Shown piece by piece: positions 26,816-39,697 of a DNA stretch of 64,000 nucleotides (position 1 is its first letter; each line of letters begins with the position of its first letter). Source of the DNA: Camelus ferus (taxonomy: Eukaryota); contig NC_045707.1 in the NCBI RefSeq assembly GCF_009834535.1, forward strand, positions 45,820,001 through 45,884,000, read 5' to 3'. The notes below the pieces were generated by a model. It ran no database searches, was not told the DNA's origin, and saw nothing but the letters and a program-made list of their open reading frames with translations. The position numbers and the translations under genes are program-made.

Positions 26816-28759
26816 CCCACCATTTTTCCCCAAAGTTTATAATCTCAGTTTCTAGAAAAGATACACATACTTTAGTTACCAGCCTCTGTGCTGCCTCTAA
26901 ATCACTGCTATCTTTTGTCTCACTGACTTGCCATATAACACCTGAAATCTGAGATATTTAACGCTTAAATATGAGGGTTTTAAGGTTGAAAGTTTAACGC
27001 TTTCATTTTACAGATAAGGAATGTCAGGCCCACCACAGTTTTTCTCCCAATTTGAAGTATTTGTGTCCCCTGCTATCACAGAAGCATGATATCTGCCTAG
27101 GGATAACACTACAATGGAGTCCCTCTTCACAGTTCTCTCTAACCCAGGTCCTGGCAGAACACAGTCCTGAAGAAGAGGGAAAAAAAAAAAAAAGATTCAG
27201 AGTAAAGACTTAACAAGGGGAGAGTGATAGAAAGAGGAAAGGAAATAAAGGGTAGATGCCAAAAATAAAGTACACCTTCTTGAAATTTTTGTATAGAGCT
27301 GATACACATTTTAAGTGGTTCTACCAATTAAATATTTCAGCAGCTATAGTGTGCCTAGGTTTATTTAAAGTTATTAATAAAACTCCCTCTTGACCTGTAA
27401 GGGTCCTCACATCATTTGAAAATGGAGTGCAGAATCAAGGCTTCACTTCTTTCAATGGTTTAGGTTTCTGTTTTCAATTTTTAATGCATTTCTTCTGGCT
27501 TTCTAATTTTTAAAAGATATATTGTATTTTACAAATATTAAATGTCCTAGCTACAGGTGATAAACTATTATAATAGTTAGAAAGCATTGATTTGCTAAAA
27601 TATTTTTCAAAGTAACAATTATCTGTATGTGTGTATGTGTTCAGTATACACAGTCATGATTATTAGTGCATGACTGATACATGGTCTTTAAAGTCAGGCT
27701 GTGCTTAAGACTGCTTCCTAAGGAATGTTATCTACCTGTAGTTCAAAAAGTAGGTCAATAGAGTTGAGTGTCTTATGCCCCATCTTGCTCAGTTGAGCAA
27801 AACTTATCAAAATTGTTAGCAGCAATCATTCAACAACCTGTCTTAGAAAACAGGAATAAATGAGGGATAGAGGTCAAAGTCATCTATCTCATTGTCCTTT
27901 TAAAAAATAGAGTTTGCGAGCTAAGGTCAGTAGTAAAGCTAATTAGACTTGACTGTTAGGCATTATGAATTAATAATTGAATTGCTCTTTAAAGATTATT
28001 TTTATAAGTAGTTGGTTACATAGCCTACTTTGGATATTGTTTGTGTAACAATATTTATATTGGGATGGAGGGCTAGGATTTCTTTACATTACATGTTAAT
28101 TCTTCTGTAGTAAAATATAAAGGCATGGAAGGGACAGATACACACTGTGAGGTTAGTGTTTACTCCTGGAGAAGGAGAACAACTTTAGTGTTATATATAA
28201 CAATTTTTTTCATAAAAAGACTTTAACCAAATATTGCAGAATGTTTGGATTTGTTTAATCTTGAGAGGAGGGGAAGGGAAGAGAGAGGAGATATATGTGG
28301 GTATGTATTTAGCAGCGAATGTTAGGTTATGCCATGATTAGCAGCAGATAATGAAGAGAGATACAGGGTATAATAGAAGAATTTCTGGGTTAGATATTGG
28401 GAAATCTTGGTTCTCTTGCCAACTCTGCTAATAATCAACTTTGAATCTTGGCAAATCCCTGTTTTAAGTGAGTCATCTTTGGGATTTGCTCTTCCAGTTC
28501 TCACTTTATCTATTCCTTGTGTTTGATCTTCACTTCCATAACTTCAACCTCCATTTACGATCCAGTGGTTTTCAGTGTAGTAAAAAAAAAAACAAAAAAC
28601 TTGAAGTTCTTTCTTATATTTCATATATTTATATTAAAATGTAATTTTCAGAAGCATTTCATTCATTGTTAAACTGCACGTATTTTTATACCTTGGTTCT
28701 GACACTGAAATTCTGGAAGCAGGTAAAAAATTTTTCCCAAATAAAGAACTAAGGCAAGA

Positions 28760-28955
28760 TAGGGGTAGGGAATTAAGAGGTATAAACTTCTATGTATAAA
28801 ATAAATAAACTACAAGGATACATTGTACAGCACAGGGAATATAGTCAATATTTTACAGTTACTTTAAATGGAGTATAGTCTATAAAAATTTTGAATCACT
28901 GTATTGTACACCTGAAGCTAATATATTATAAATCAACTATACTCAATTAAAAAAC
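28760..28955 (+). mobile_element. L1 3' end (laurasiatherian/artiodactyl type)
   Basis: acaaggatacattgtacagcacagggaatatagtcaata...tgtacacctgaagctaatata...tcaattaaaaa. Confidence 0.8.
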
Positions 28956-28983
28956 AATTAGGTTAATAAAAATGATAAAGGCT

Positions 28984-29144
28984 TAGGGTTGGTTTCATGA
29001 GCCAGCAACCTGTACAGTCACACAGGGCCCTCACTTGGTTTTAACGCTCTGCTATCACAGTCTCCATATTCTTAATAATTTTTCACAAGGCACCTACATT
29101 TTCACTTTGCATGACCTCACACACAGGTTATGTAGCCAGTCCTG
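28984..29144 (+). mobile_element. hAT-Tip100 MER45A-like
   Basis: agggttggtttcatg...cctgtacagtcacacagggccc...attcttaataattttt...ttatgtagccagtcctg. Confidence 0.8.
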
Positions 29145-30062
29145 TAAAACTGAAGTATATAAAAGTAAGAATCCCTCATTCTTATGCCTCCTAGTCCTGA
29201 TCCCTGTGAGTGACCACCACTAACAATTTAGTTTATCCACCTAGAGGCTTTTTAAAATGCGTGTGTAAGTGCACACACATTGTGCTTCAGTCTTCTTTAA
29301 AAACTGCTCAGCAGAAATCTATGCAAAGTCAGTGTGTACTACATTTTCTTGGAAAACCCCATAATGATCTAGAATGCCACAAACTTAAAACTTTTTTTTA
29401 AAGGGGCTAAAAAACTTAGCCGAAAGATGTTGGTACAGAACTGCAGTTTAGATTTTGATTGTTGTTGTTTTTTAAAGCATGTTTTACTTAAAGGTTTAGG
29501 GAAATAGCATAAGTTTCAGAGTTTTAAGATACCTATGTCTGATGAGATTTCACTTTCTGAAATCTACTAAAATAAACCTTAAAGCCATCATAGGCAAGTC
29601 AGGAATGAAAATAAAGTTTATTCATCAGTTAGGCTCAATTGAACAAGGGATTCACTAGTGGTATATAGGATTGTTTGGGGCTTTATTTAGTTAAAAAGTG
29701 GTCAGAATTCTTGGTGAAGGGGAAAGGTAAAGGATTCTTCGAGGTAGCTACAGAAAATGGGTAAGGAGGAGAATGAGCTTGTAATTATTCAGACAGTTCC
29801 TATGTGTGAAACCTTTTGATAGGGACCTTAGGTAAACTATTTTGTTTAATCCTCCTGGCAACCCTGGTGGTATTATCTTCATTTTACATCTAATGAAGTT
29901 GTGGCTCAAAGGTCTCAAGAAGCCTTCCTAAGGTTGTGAATAATATATGGCAGAGCAGGAGCCCAAACTTCTATCCTTGCAACTTCAAGTTCATCTACTG
30001 TCCATAGCATTACTCTTTCTAGAGGTTTATTCCTCACACAGTACTTACTGACTGCCTACAGT

Positions 30063-30484
30063 GTCCTAGGGTAGATGCCAAGGAGGTCAGATGTGCAGGA
30101 TGTGCAAGAGACTTTCTGGGGGAATTGCCTGGGAGGGGAAGGAGGGGAAGAGGGAACAGGATGGTAGGAAAAGCCTTTGACTTCCTTGCAGGTGTGACCC
30201 TGTCCCGTGGAGAGAGGGGAGGAAGAACTTGGTGGGAGCAGCCTCTGACCAGGCCAGTTCTGAGAAAGTCTTGGCCAGGCTGCTAGGGGGTCTGCGTCAG
30301 GCAGGGGGTCCTGGGTTGTACCCCTTCCTGGTCAGCATTGCTGGGGGCTGCCTGAGGGACTCATGGCCTGATGTCCTTGCTGTGCTGTGGTCACTCTCCT
30401 GTGCAGTAGCTAGAGGTCAGCTTGGCTCCCTACGGCAGGTTCTCTTGAAGGGCCATCTGAGCAGGGCACCCCATGGCAACCACA
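30063..30484 (-). mobile_element. ERVL solo LTR (LTR16-like)
   Basis: Minus strand starts tgtggttgccatggggtgccctgctcagatggcccttcaagagaacctgcc; contains tctgagaaagtcttggccaggc; explains ORF 30229..30519. Confidence 0.8.
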
Positions 30485-30749
30485 GGCAGCACTGTTCAGA
30501 CCTGGTTGAGGTGGGATGAAAACTGACAATGAGAGTAAGCAGATGAATTAAAAAAAAACACTAAGATAGCCCTTTGACTATGTGATACTCAGGAAAGCAG
30601 ATGTGTTAGGATGATCCATGATTTTAATTTAGAATAGAAGACTACTTGACACTTATCTGTCTGTCTGTCTATCTATCTATCTGGCTATTTTTTTAGAAAT
30701 TCAAACATTGGGTAAAACTTTGAGATAATCTGAGAGTTCACTTCCTAAC

Positions 30750-30933
30750 TTTTTTTTTTCAATTTCAGGTGTACAACATAGTAATTCAAAAATTTTTAGA
30801 TTATACTCATTTAAAGTTATAAAATATTGGCTATATTCTCTGTGCTATACAATATAGCCTTGTAGCTTATTTATTTTATACATAGTAGTTTATACCTGTT
30901 AATCCCCTTCCCCTATTTTGCCCTTCCCCCTTC
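30750..30933 (-). mobile_element. L1 3' end, same family as 28760-28955, opposite orientation
   Basis: ttcaggtgtacaacatagtaattca...ctatattctctgtgctatacaatata... Confidence 0.8.
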
Positions 30934-32088
30934 ACATTATTATCTTTTTTCTTAATAATAAATAGTAGTCACTATCATTACTGTTTTTCCTGTGACATTT
31001 TATTAGTGACTGACTACTAGACTGTCCTGGTCATTTGTTATCCTTATTGTGACATTACCTTATCTCACTGCACTCTGGGGAGCGCAAAATACTTGGGTCC
31101 TGGCACTGCCAGTGTCGGCGTGAATGTACAGGGACCTCTCTTTCTAAAACCAGATCTGGCATTTCTTCAACAGAAACAACAGAGCATTTTTAATGGCAGT
31201 AGTCATAATTTTCACCTTACATGTAATAACTAAAATTTTATAACTGCTTGTTCCTTGTTTACTCTCTTGCCCTTCACTCTGGAACTGTAGTGTTCAGATC
31301 TTTCACCAGAATAGAAATGGAGAGAAGCTCCTTTCCTGTAATGCCCTGGAGTCAAAGCCAGCTCTGTCAGTATTTAAATGAAAACAGCTACAATAGTAAT
31401 CTTACCTATGTATTGAGGCTCATTCCTAATCACCTCTTTTTTTTTTCCAAAAGTGTACGTTTTGTCCCTGCCTAGAGCATTTAATTTTCACACAAAGCAA
31501 TACATATTAAAAGAATTTTTTTTCAGCTCTTTAGAGTAAAACTGCCTTGACTGTACGAGCATATTTCTAAAAGGGACTGTAAGTAAATTGAGAGTGCCTG
31601 TGGCTATAATCTTGGCATATGTATGGTGTAGACTGTGAAGAGCCCTTTTCAGATGGCATTTAAGTTGTTTGACTCAGAGTGGCTTTCCTGAGGGTGAAGT
31701 TCTTTTATACTTACCTATTGAATATTCACTAATCTTAAATTACTCGCGTGCACCCCAAGAACTCATGCTCATGTGATATCTGTAGAGTGTCACTTCAGTT
31801 GTGAACCATTGACAGTGTGCTCCACCAGGGCTCTGGGGTACTGCAGGGCAGTCCATCAGTCCAGCGCTGATGATGAGGATTACCCATTGCTCTCAGCAAC
31901 CCCTGTATCATGGTTTAATAATCTCATCACTTCTCCAGGTTTGCCATTTGAGACATCGTATAGTAGGAAATGTATTCTAATCAAAACCTATTAAGTATCA
32001 GAGTTTGAATGTGTATCTGACTAGCTCCAGGCTGATCTTCATTATCCTTTTATGAGTTCATGTTTTCTTAATGCACTCTTATCCACAG

Positions 32089-32156
32089 GATGAAGATACT
32101 GGAATGAAAAGTAAAGTCCATCATATTGCCAAGGAGATCATGAGCTCAGAGAAAGT
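32089..32156 (+). CDS. FGD6: FGD6 coding exon, start of DH domain (DEDTGMKSKVHHIAKEIMSSEK-V), 68 nt, phase 0 to 2
   Basis: Acceptor atccacag|G; donor GT|gtaggt; EIxxSE motif of DH conserved region 1. Confidence 0.95.
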
Positions 32157-32240
32157 GTAGGTATCTAGTTTAGAATTCAGAAGGCTATTCGCTTCCCCAT
32201 TGGCTCATTAAAAAATGTCTTTCATTGCTGTTTTTTACAG

Positions 32241-32271
32241 GTTTGTGGATGTGTTAAAGCTTCTGCATATT
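32241..32271 (+). CDS. FGD6: FGD6 31-nt small exon (FVDVLKLLHI), phase 2 to 0
   Basis: Acceptor ttttttacag|G; donor ATT|gtaagt; follows an 84-nt intron; restores the frame. Confidence 0.95.
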
Positions 32272-33349
32272 GTAAGTATCTGCTAAAATTTTCTTCAAGT
32301 CTAAAACCATCCTCTTTTATATCTTTCACTATTCCCCAGTATTTTTACCATAATTAACTTAAATTTACTTCTATTAACATGTATATACATGTATGTGCTT
32401 TCTAATACATGGTTATATTTTTTAATTCACACACATATGTGAATAGAGTTTTCTAAAATGTATGTCTCTCATGTATGTGTAGTATACCCAGATGATTTCT
32501 GAAAATAGGGCCTTTATGTCTGTATCTCCAAAATCTTTAAACTTTCTATCTTTATAATAAAGAGTTTTTAAAAGGATGATATTTCTTCTTGGGCATTTGC
32601 AGAAGATGTGTGCTACAGTAGAATTTTGTACCAGCAGTTTATAAAGAATGTCATGATCAGTGTTCAAAATTGTTCTTCTGTCTGAATAAGCTCCTAGAAA
32701 GATACTTAAAATAGAGATTTTAACACCTAACTTTTTAAAGTTCTATTTTCAATTTTGATAATTGTCAACTTGAACGAACATGTTGGGAAACAATTATGAT
32801 ATGTGGCTGACTGCATACTCATTTTTCTCATCCACTCCTTTGTACCTGCAAGTTTTCACAAGTTTCATTACTCATTGGCAGTTCAAGTGCTTTTAGTGTT
32901 GCTTTATTTTAATTATATTTTGGCAAGATATTAAGACTCAACAAAAGGAGAAGTTAAAGTAGAGGAAACAATGAAAAAAGAAATGGAAGTGAATTGAACT
33001 GCCATCTAAGAAGTCTACTTAGATGGTAATTATTAACATCATCTTTAAATTGAATTGCTGAGAAACGGTAGGTTTACAAAATGCATACCCATGTCTCTGC
33101 ACAGAGTATCATTATTTTAGTTTTCTTTTTAAAAGATATTTATAAACATGAAAAGTGTGTTATACTTAAAGGTGTTTCACATTCACAGAATGATCCCCCT
33201 GTGCTTTAAACTTGGTCCAGTGGACACATGGAAGCCTAATTCCTGTGTGAAAAATCTCTAGCTTTGGAAACATTAAAAAAAAATTCTTAAGATTGCTAAT
33301 TTTGTTTTGAGAAATTATTCTCCCATGAATAGTTTCTGACATAACTCTT

Positions 33350-33670
33350 TTTTTAAACATTTTTTTATTGATTTATAATCATTTTACAATGTTGTGTCAA
33401 ATTCCAGTGTTCAGCATAATTTTTCAGTCATTCATGGACATATACACACTCATTGTGTCACATTTTTTTCTCTGTGAGTTATCATAACATTTTGTGTATA
33501 TTTCCCTGTGCTATACAGTATAATCTTGTTTATCTATTTTACAATTTTGAAATCCCAGTCTATCCCTTCCCACCCTCCGACCCCTGGCAACCACAAGTCT
33601 GTATTCTTTGTCTATGAGTCTATTTCTGTCCTGTATTTACGCTTTGTTTTTGTTTGTTTGTTTGTTTGTT
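33350..33670 (-). mobile_element. Young camelid-type L1 3' UTR, 5'-truncated
   Basis: L1 3' UTR motifs (ttccctgtgctatacagta; cccctggcaaccacaagtctgt); perfect 11-bp TSD acataactctt at 33339-33349 and 33671-33681. Confidence 0.88.
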
Positions 33671-34132
33671 ACATAACTCTTGACTATATTGGTAAGTTCC
33701 CTTTATAGATTCATTTAAAAAAAATATAGCAGTATTTGGTCACTCAAATAGAATTGGTGACAAGCATACTGTCACTTCAAGTAAGTTACAATGAACTTAA
33801 TAAATAAATGACTTTTCAAATAAACTCCATGAACTTTCGCAGCTATGCCCCAAGCTTCTCTATTGTATAAGCAATTGTAAGGGGAAAAGAAAATGCTAAA
33901 CTGATGTTTTCTGGAAAACTCAGAACACATCTGTAGGACAAGCAGCTTATACCTATTTGATAGGTGTTCTGATTGACATGTTTAAATAGAAATAGGACGT
34001 TTCCAAGGAAATTTAAGCATCTGCATGTGAACTAGTAAACTCATACGGCAAAAAATGCTGTGTTTAACTTTACTGTACTATTTGATCAAATCATGTATGG
34101 AACATATGTTAAGGATGCTTATAGTCTAGTGT

Positions 34133-34478
34133 AGTGCTTCTCACACTATTGTGGTGGGCAACTGGATTTTTAAATTGCCCATCCATGGTAGACCAAAATT
34201 TTGTAAAACACAATAAAAATTCTTGACTATGTCAAATTGATAGAAAAGTTTCCAAACCCTTATTCTCACTTTTTATTTTTAATTTGGGTGGGTGGAGTGA
34301 GAAATAATTAGAATTTATATTTATTTTTGAAGGAGGTACTGGGGATTGAACCCAGGACCTCATGAATGCTAAGCATGTACTCTACCACTTGAGCTATACC
34401 TTCCCCCCATTATCACTTTTTTGAGTAATATCTTCACATGCCAATAACAGTTTGTAGGCCACACTTGGGGAAGCATTG
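34133..34478. mobile_element. hAT-Charlie-type MITE split by a SINE
   Basis: TIR-like ends tagtgcttctcaca... and ...cacacttggggaagcattg. Confidence 0.6.
34275..34408 (-). mobile_element. tRNA-derived SINE (Vic-1-like), long tail, nested in a hAT element
   Basis: ggtatagctcaagtggtagag...ggttcaatccccagtacctcc on minus strand; TSD att(c/a)tcacttttt at 34262-34274 and 34409-34421. Confidence 0.9.
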
Positions 34479-35826
34479 TCTTAGTAGATTCTACCTCTTA
34501 CCATGTGTGCAAATTTTAGAAGATAGTTTGACTTGTTGGGTCTAGCTTTCTTCATTTGTAAAATGGAGATAAAAATACCCATCTCTCAGGTTGTAAGGAA
34601 TCAGTGGAAGAAAGTACATGGAAGAACCTGGTAGTGTACAATATATGGTAGGATCTCAAATTGCCTTTATTTTCTTCTCCTCCTCCTCTCCCTCACCCCT
34701 CCTCCTCCCCTTCTTCTTCATCTTCTTCCCTCCCTTTCAAATGCCTTTTTCCCCCTGTACTAAAGTTCCATGTTAATGAAGGAAGTTCTGATTCGAATAG
34801 GTAGAGACGCAATTAAAAGCTTTACCAGTGTGTTTGATTTTTTAAAAATATGTGTCCTGGTTCTTACCTCCATATTTTTGGAACAAAGCATAAGCGCTGT
34901 AAGAATAGACAATTAGCTCAAGGTATTTCCCTTATCTTCTCAGTCATGATAGATGACCTTAGTCTTTTCCCCACTGATGTGGAACAAGGTGAATCATCTA
35001 AAACCCACCTTGATCTGTACATTTTCAAAACCTCCTAAGCCTTTAATGTAGGAGTGAGAGTAGATCATTTGCCAACCTCATGTTGACATCCTGTCTGGTA
35101 TGTGCAAATGTAATTCAGCAGAGGTCAACATTAGTGGGTGTCTTCACAACAGGGCGTTAAACAGGTCGTGAGCCATTACTAGGAGTGGTTTGTCACCAGG
35201 ATAATGTCGGTGAAACCAAAAGCATCTCTTGTTTCAATTCAACACTCGTACTGTGCTATTAAAGCTCATATTTACTCTTCTACCAAAAGTACCCCACAAA
35301 GGTAGCACATGGATAGTTTTAATCCTGAGGACTGCTGCTGTCTGATTTCATCTAAATGAATGAACTTCTGTTATATGATAGAATATGACTGCTTTAAAAT
35401 ATCTAACAGGCTTGTTAGATAATTCAGTGAGTATTTTGGAAATCAACAAGGTATCCAAGTGGCTTGGGAGGAGCTATTGTTTGAGTTATACATGATTTCC
35501 CATTAATAGTTTTCCATATTAGAGACTCTAAAATAGCATTAAAAGAGCTTTCTGTGACACAGAAATGTTCAATATCTACACTGTCCAATACGGTGGCTGT
35601 ACTTTAAAATTTGTAAGGTGTCACTGTAGCTTGCTGATACTTTATGTATCACTTTACTATGTCACTGTAGCTCACTATCATTTCTTTGTTTTGAATTTAC
35701 TAAACTAGGTGATATAGCTCATAAAAATGTTTTAAAGTCCAAACTAATGAATTTTATCACTTAAGCTGTTATTACATTGGGAGGAATTAGACATGGGTGG
35801 AGATTATGCAATTTAAAATATACTTA

Positions 35827-35929
35827 GTAGGGAGGTATAGCTCAGTGGTAGAGTGCCTCCTTAACATACATGAAGTCCTCGGTTCAGTCCCCAGTACCTC
35901 CATTAAAAATAATAATAATAAAAATTTTA
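35827..35929 (+). mobile_element. tRNA-derived SINE (Vic-1-like), short tail
   Basis: gggaggtatagctcagtggtagagtgc...ggttcagtccccagtacctcc plus (AAT)n tail; 18-bp TSD with 1 mismatch at 35809-35826 and 35930-35947. Confidence 0.9.
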
Positions 35930-37154
35930 CAATTTTAAATATACTTAAGTTTCTAAGAACCGGTGTACTTGGCTGAGGGATTTGATTCATCTGTCTGATG
36001 TTTGTAGGGAGTAGCAAGACTCTGCAGTTAATGTTTAATGTGGTACTTACTCTTCAGTATCTACAATGAGCACTTGGACTTTGACCTGGATTTGAAAAAG
36101 GGTCCAATATGCACATTGTCTCTAAGTCAGTACCCTATTGAGTCCAAAGAGAAAAGAGATTCTTAAAAGGCAGTCTTTCTGTTTTCAAAATGGTAGTGCC
36201 GTCCATGTATATAGCTGCCAAAGCTGGAGAACTAGGACTTACTCTTCATTTCTCCTTTTCACCTCTCCAGCCAAACTACCAGCAAACCTGCTGATTCTGT
36301 TTCCTCTTTACTGCCACCAGCCTAGTCCAGAATATCATCTCTTCCTCAGCTGTAGGCTAAGTGGAGGTCCTTCAAGACAAAGAGCTGTTATTTAGAATGT
36401 ATTTATAGCAGGTAAAACCTATACTATTTAGTTTTGATGTTATCAAGTGTTTAATCAAATCAATCAAAATAGAGTTTGTTCCTGAAAAATACCCTAGTAG
36501 GTTTATTTTTCCATTAGAAAGTAAGCTCCATGAAAGCAAGGGTTTTTTTCTGTTTTGTTTATTGTTAATCCCACTAAATTAATATCTGTTAAATGAATGA
36601 TAGGAAACTGATGAATAATACCTGGTTTGGTAAAACTCTAGTTATTTATATTTGTTTTCCCTCTTTGTGCAGAAGTTGTCCAATCCAGAGATTGCTATAT
36701 TGCATATAAATGCCATTTTCAAGATAAAAACATCTTACACATCTAATATAATTAAGTATAAATGATAAAATGTTGGTTTCTGTTATCTTTTTTGCTTTCT
36801 GTTGGGAGACTGGTTTAATAGACATTTCTATAAATTTATTTTATAAATGTCCAAATAGCATGATTAAAAAAAAATCTTGAAAGGGAATGATCAGAGACTT
36901 TGAGGTCTTTTGAACAAAGATGGGCTATTAAGTAGTATAATATTAGTAATGAAGCATCTTTGTTTTACCAATTTCTTTAGATTGGAGTATGCGTTAACCT
37001 GAAAATTTGAGAGTCTCAAAATTCATTGAGTTAGAGGCAAAGCTACTTGGACGTTCAGATGTCTATTAGTAAATAAAATGTATCTTTTATTTTTAATGCA
37101 TTATAAAGAGAATAAAAGGCTTCTTCATAGAAGCCTTCAGTTTATACCATCTTT

Positions 37155-37300
37155 TTAAAATAGTACAACGTTCCCACATACCCCGCATCCAGTTTCCTCT
37201 GTTGCTACTGTCTTACATTAGTGTGATACATTTGTTGTGATTAAGGAATCAATACTGATACATTATCATTAAGTTCATACTTCATTTAGATTTCCTTAGT
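37155..37300 (-). mobile_element. L1MC-like 3' fragment
   Basis: gttcccacatacccc...ccagtttcctct...tcttacattagtgtgatacatttgtt. Confidence 0.65.
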
Positions 37301-37471
37301 TTTTTTTTTTTAATTGAAGTGTATAGTTTCTATCATCTTAAAATCACTTCATCTTTGTTTTTCTGAATACCTATGTATTTTCAGCCTTGTGAACTATTTA
37401 ATTGTCACTTGTTCTTTAGTTGTAAAGAGTCCTCCTTTATTTTCTATTGACCTGGCTACCAAACTTTCACT

Positions 37472-37596
37472 TTTTTTTTCTTTGCTATTTTTGAGGGGGG
37501 AGGTTTATTTATTTTGGAGGAGGTACTGGGGATTGAACACAGGACCTCATGTGTGCTAAGCATGTGCTCTACCACTTGAGCTATTCCCACACCACT
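37472..37596 (-). mobile_element. tRNA-derived SINE (Vic-1-like)
   Basis: Same head on minus strand; TSD cc(a/g)aactttcact at 37459-37471 and 37597-37609. Confidence 0.9.
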
Positions 37597-37844
37597 CCGA
37601 ACTTTCACTCTTGAGCAGCTTCCTTCATATGAAGCCTATCCTTCACTGAATGAAGTTCATTGTTAGGAGTGCCTTTGTCTTTCTGCTGAGGTGTTTTCCT
37701 CACCTTGGTTTGGTATTTCCTTCTCTTTATATATGTCTGTTTGAGAGCTCTCTTTCCAGACTTCCTAGGACTTGTGGATCTTAAAAGGTGGCCATGTGAT
37801 CATTTAAATTAACCAAATCTCCTTTGATTAAATAAATGGCCTTC

Positions 37845-38035
37845 TACTGAGTGCTTTCTCTGTGCCTTGCAGTATGCTATGTTACATAAATTATCTATTT
37901 TAATCCTCATAACGATCCTATCAAATAGATGTCATTTCTATTTTTTAAGTGAAGAAAGTAAGTCAACTGCCAAATATAACCCAATACTAAATGGCAAAGC
38001 CAGACTTTGAACTCGGTTTCTCTGAGCCCTTGCAC
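37845..38035 (-). mobile_element. MIR
   Basis: ttaatcctcataacgatccta...aaatggcaaagccagactttgaactc. Confidence 0.65.
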
Positions 38036-39567
38036 TAAGTGATTGTTCTGAAATTGATTTAAAATTTGTTGCTTGAAATCTCTACCATGCTGTATAGGGT
38101 ATAATGTATCTTTGGGCATATTCGCTTGCTTTCAGAATTCTTTCAATTGGGGCAGGAAACTACAGAAATTCTAGTATTTCATCTTCTAAAGATGATCAGT
38201 TAGGTTATATTGTGATGACTACCAGTTAATGTTATTAAAGGGATTAGAGATTTGAGACAAAAGATCTGTTTCAGTCCTGTTTATGTAGTTTCTCATTGAT
38301 GACTGTGCATGGATCACCAGGTCTGAAAGTAGAGGGAAGAATAACTCCATTAGTCAAATATTTTCATTTTAGAACAAAGTCAAATTATTATGTGGAGCCC
38401 ATCCTCCCCTTTCTTTTACTTCATAGTATCACACTGCTTTCTGCATATTTATCAGAGCTCTTTGACCTCAGCAGCTGCTTTGCTTTTGCTTAATATGAAG
38501 TGATTCTTAATGCCCTTCATACAGGCTGGGAGCCCTGCAGAGCTCTCTGTCTGTCCATATGTCTGTTTGGTCATTGTAATTCACTGTGTCATCATAGTGG
38601 TTAAGTAATGCCCTAAGGTCAGGAAGCCCAGTCAGAACAGCTGGTAGTTAAGTCACTTAACTTCTCTTTGGCACCAGAGATATAAAGCCTGACCTGACGA
38701 ATAAGGCCATCTGTTTTGTGCTTTGTTGCTTTAGATGTTCATACTTGATTTTATTTGCATTAATTTTTGCTTAGTCTTGCCCAAGTGATCAGAGCTGGTG
38801 AGGCTATGTTAATACCTCAAAGGCACTGAGTGGTTTTTTTTTTTTTTTTTAGTTGATCTGGTTCTTATTTGTAGGTTCTCTTGGAATTTTTAAGAATAAT
38901 ATTATGACCTACTTTATAATCCAGTAACCCATTTCTGTTTCTAAAAAGGCCGAATAGAACAAGCATTTGATTATTGTGATCAGAAGCTAGAGTGTAGGTG
39001 GTTCGGTTTTGCCTACAGAATCGTTGGTTGCTTTATGTTAGAAGAATAGACTGAAGTATATGTGGTTGATATCAAAAAACTCTCTTGCTCACCTAGTATT
39101 TTTATACTCTAGCTCCTCTCACCCATTTTATTTTAAATACCCAGCTTTTTCAGTGTGAAAAAGCATACTCTGGATCTAACTGAAAGTACCAGTCCTGTGG
39201 TCCTACATCCTCACTGATTTAGTCAAGGAGGTGTTGGTGAATTTAGATTCTTCTGCCCAAAAATAGTTTTGCCTCTGGCTCTTAAGTGTCATCACACTTT
39301 CCCAAGTTATGCTGGCTGTTAGCATTTAGGAAAATAACCAGATGTGTTGTAATCGACCCTTTTATTTAAAAACAAAAACAAAAACAAAACGATGTTTCCT
39401 CCTTCCAGTGGCACCAGTTCTGGAAATGGTCGAGGTTCAGGAAGAGCTGAGACGTTAGAGATTCTGTACATAGTTCCCTTGTGGATTAATTACATCTGGC
39501 TCTGGGGCCATTACACATTGCTTTTCAGGGGGTGGTTGCCTGTGAGGTGAGGGAATGAGACAGGGGC

Positions 39568-39697
39568 CAGGGCTGCCCTGTGCAGTTAAGGAGGCCGTGA
39601 GTTGTGGGTAAGGCCCTTGGTCTGAGTTGCATTGGCCTGGAGGAAGGGGTGCTCTTTTCTATTTTCAAAAGCTACCATGAAGCCTATTGATGGCTCC
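39568..39697 (+). mobile_element. hAT-Tip100 MER91A-like
   Basis: cagggctgccctgtgcagtt...gaggaaggggtgctcttttcta. Confidence 0.6.

Noticed and set aside
33000..33028. Palindrome ccatctaag-N7-cttagatgg
   Set aside because: A 9-bp arm inverted repeat is not surprising in 64 kb of AT-rich DNA and has no supporting context
35619..35672. 13-bp direct repeat tgtcactgtagct with a 28-nt spacer (superficially CRISPR-like)
   Set aside because: Only two copies, eukaryotic intron, no cas genes; a local duplication
35827..35905. Functional tRNA gene (also the six similar copies)
   Set aside because: Acceptor stems are degenerate, and A-rich tails and TSDs mark them as SINEs
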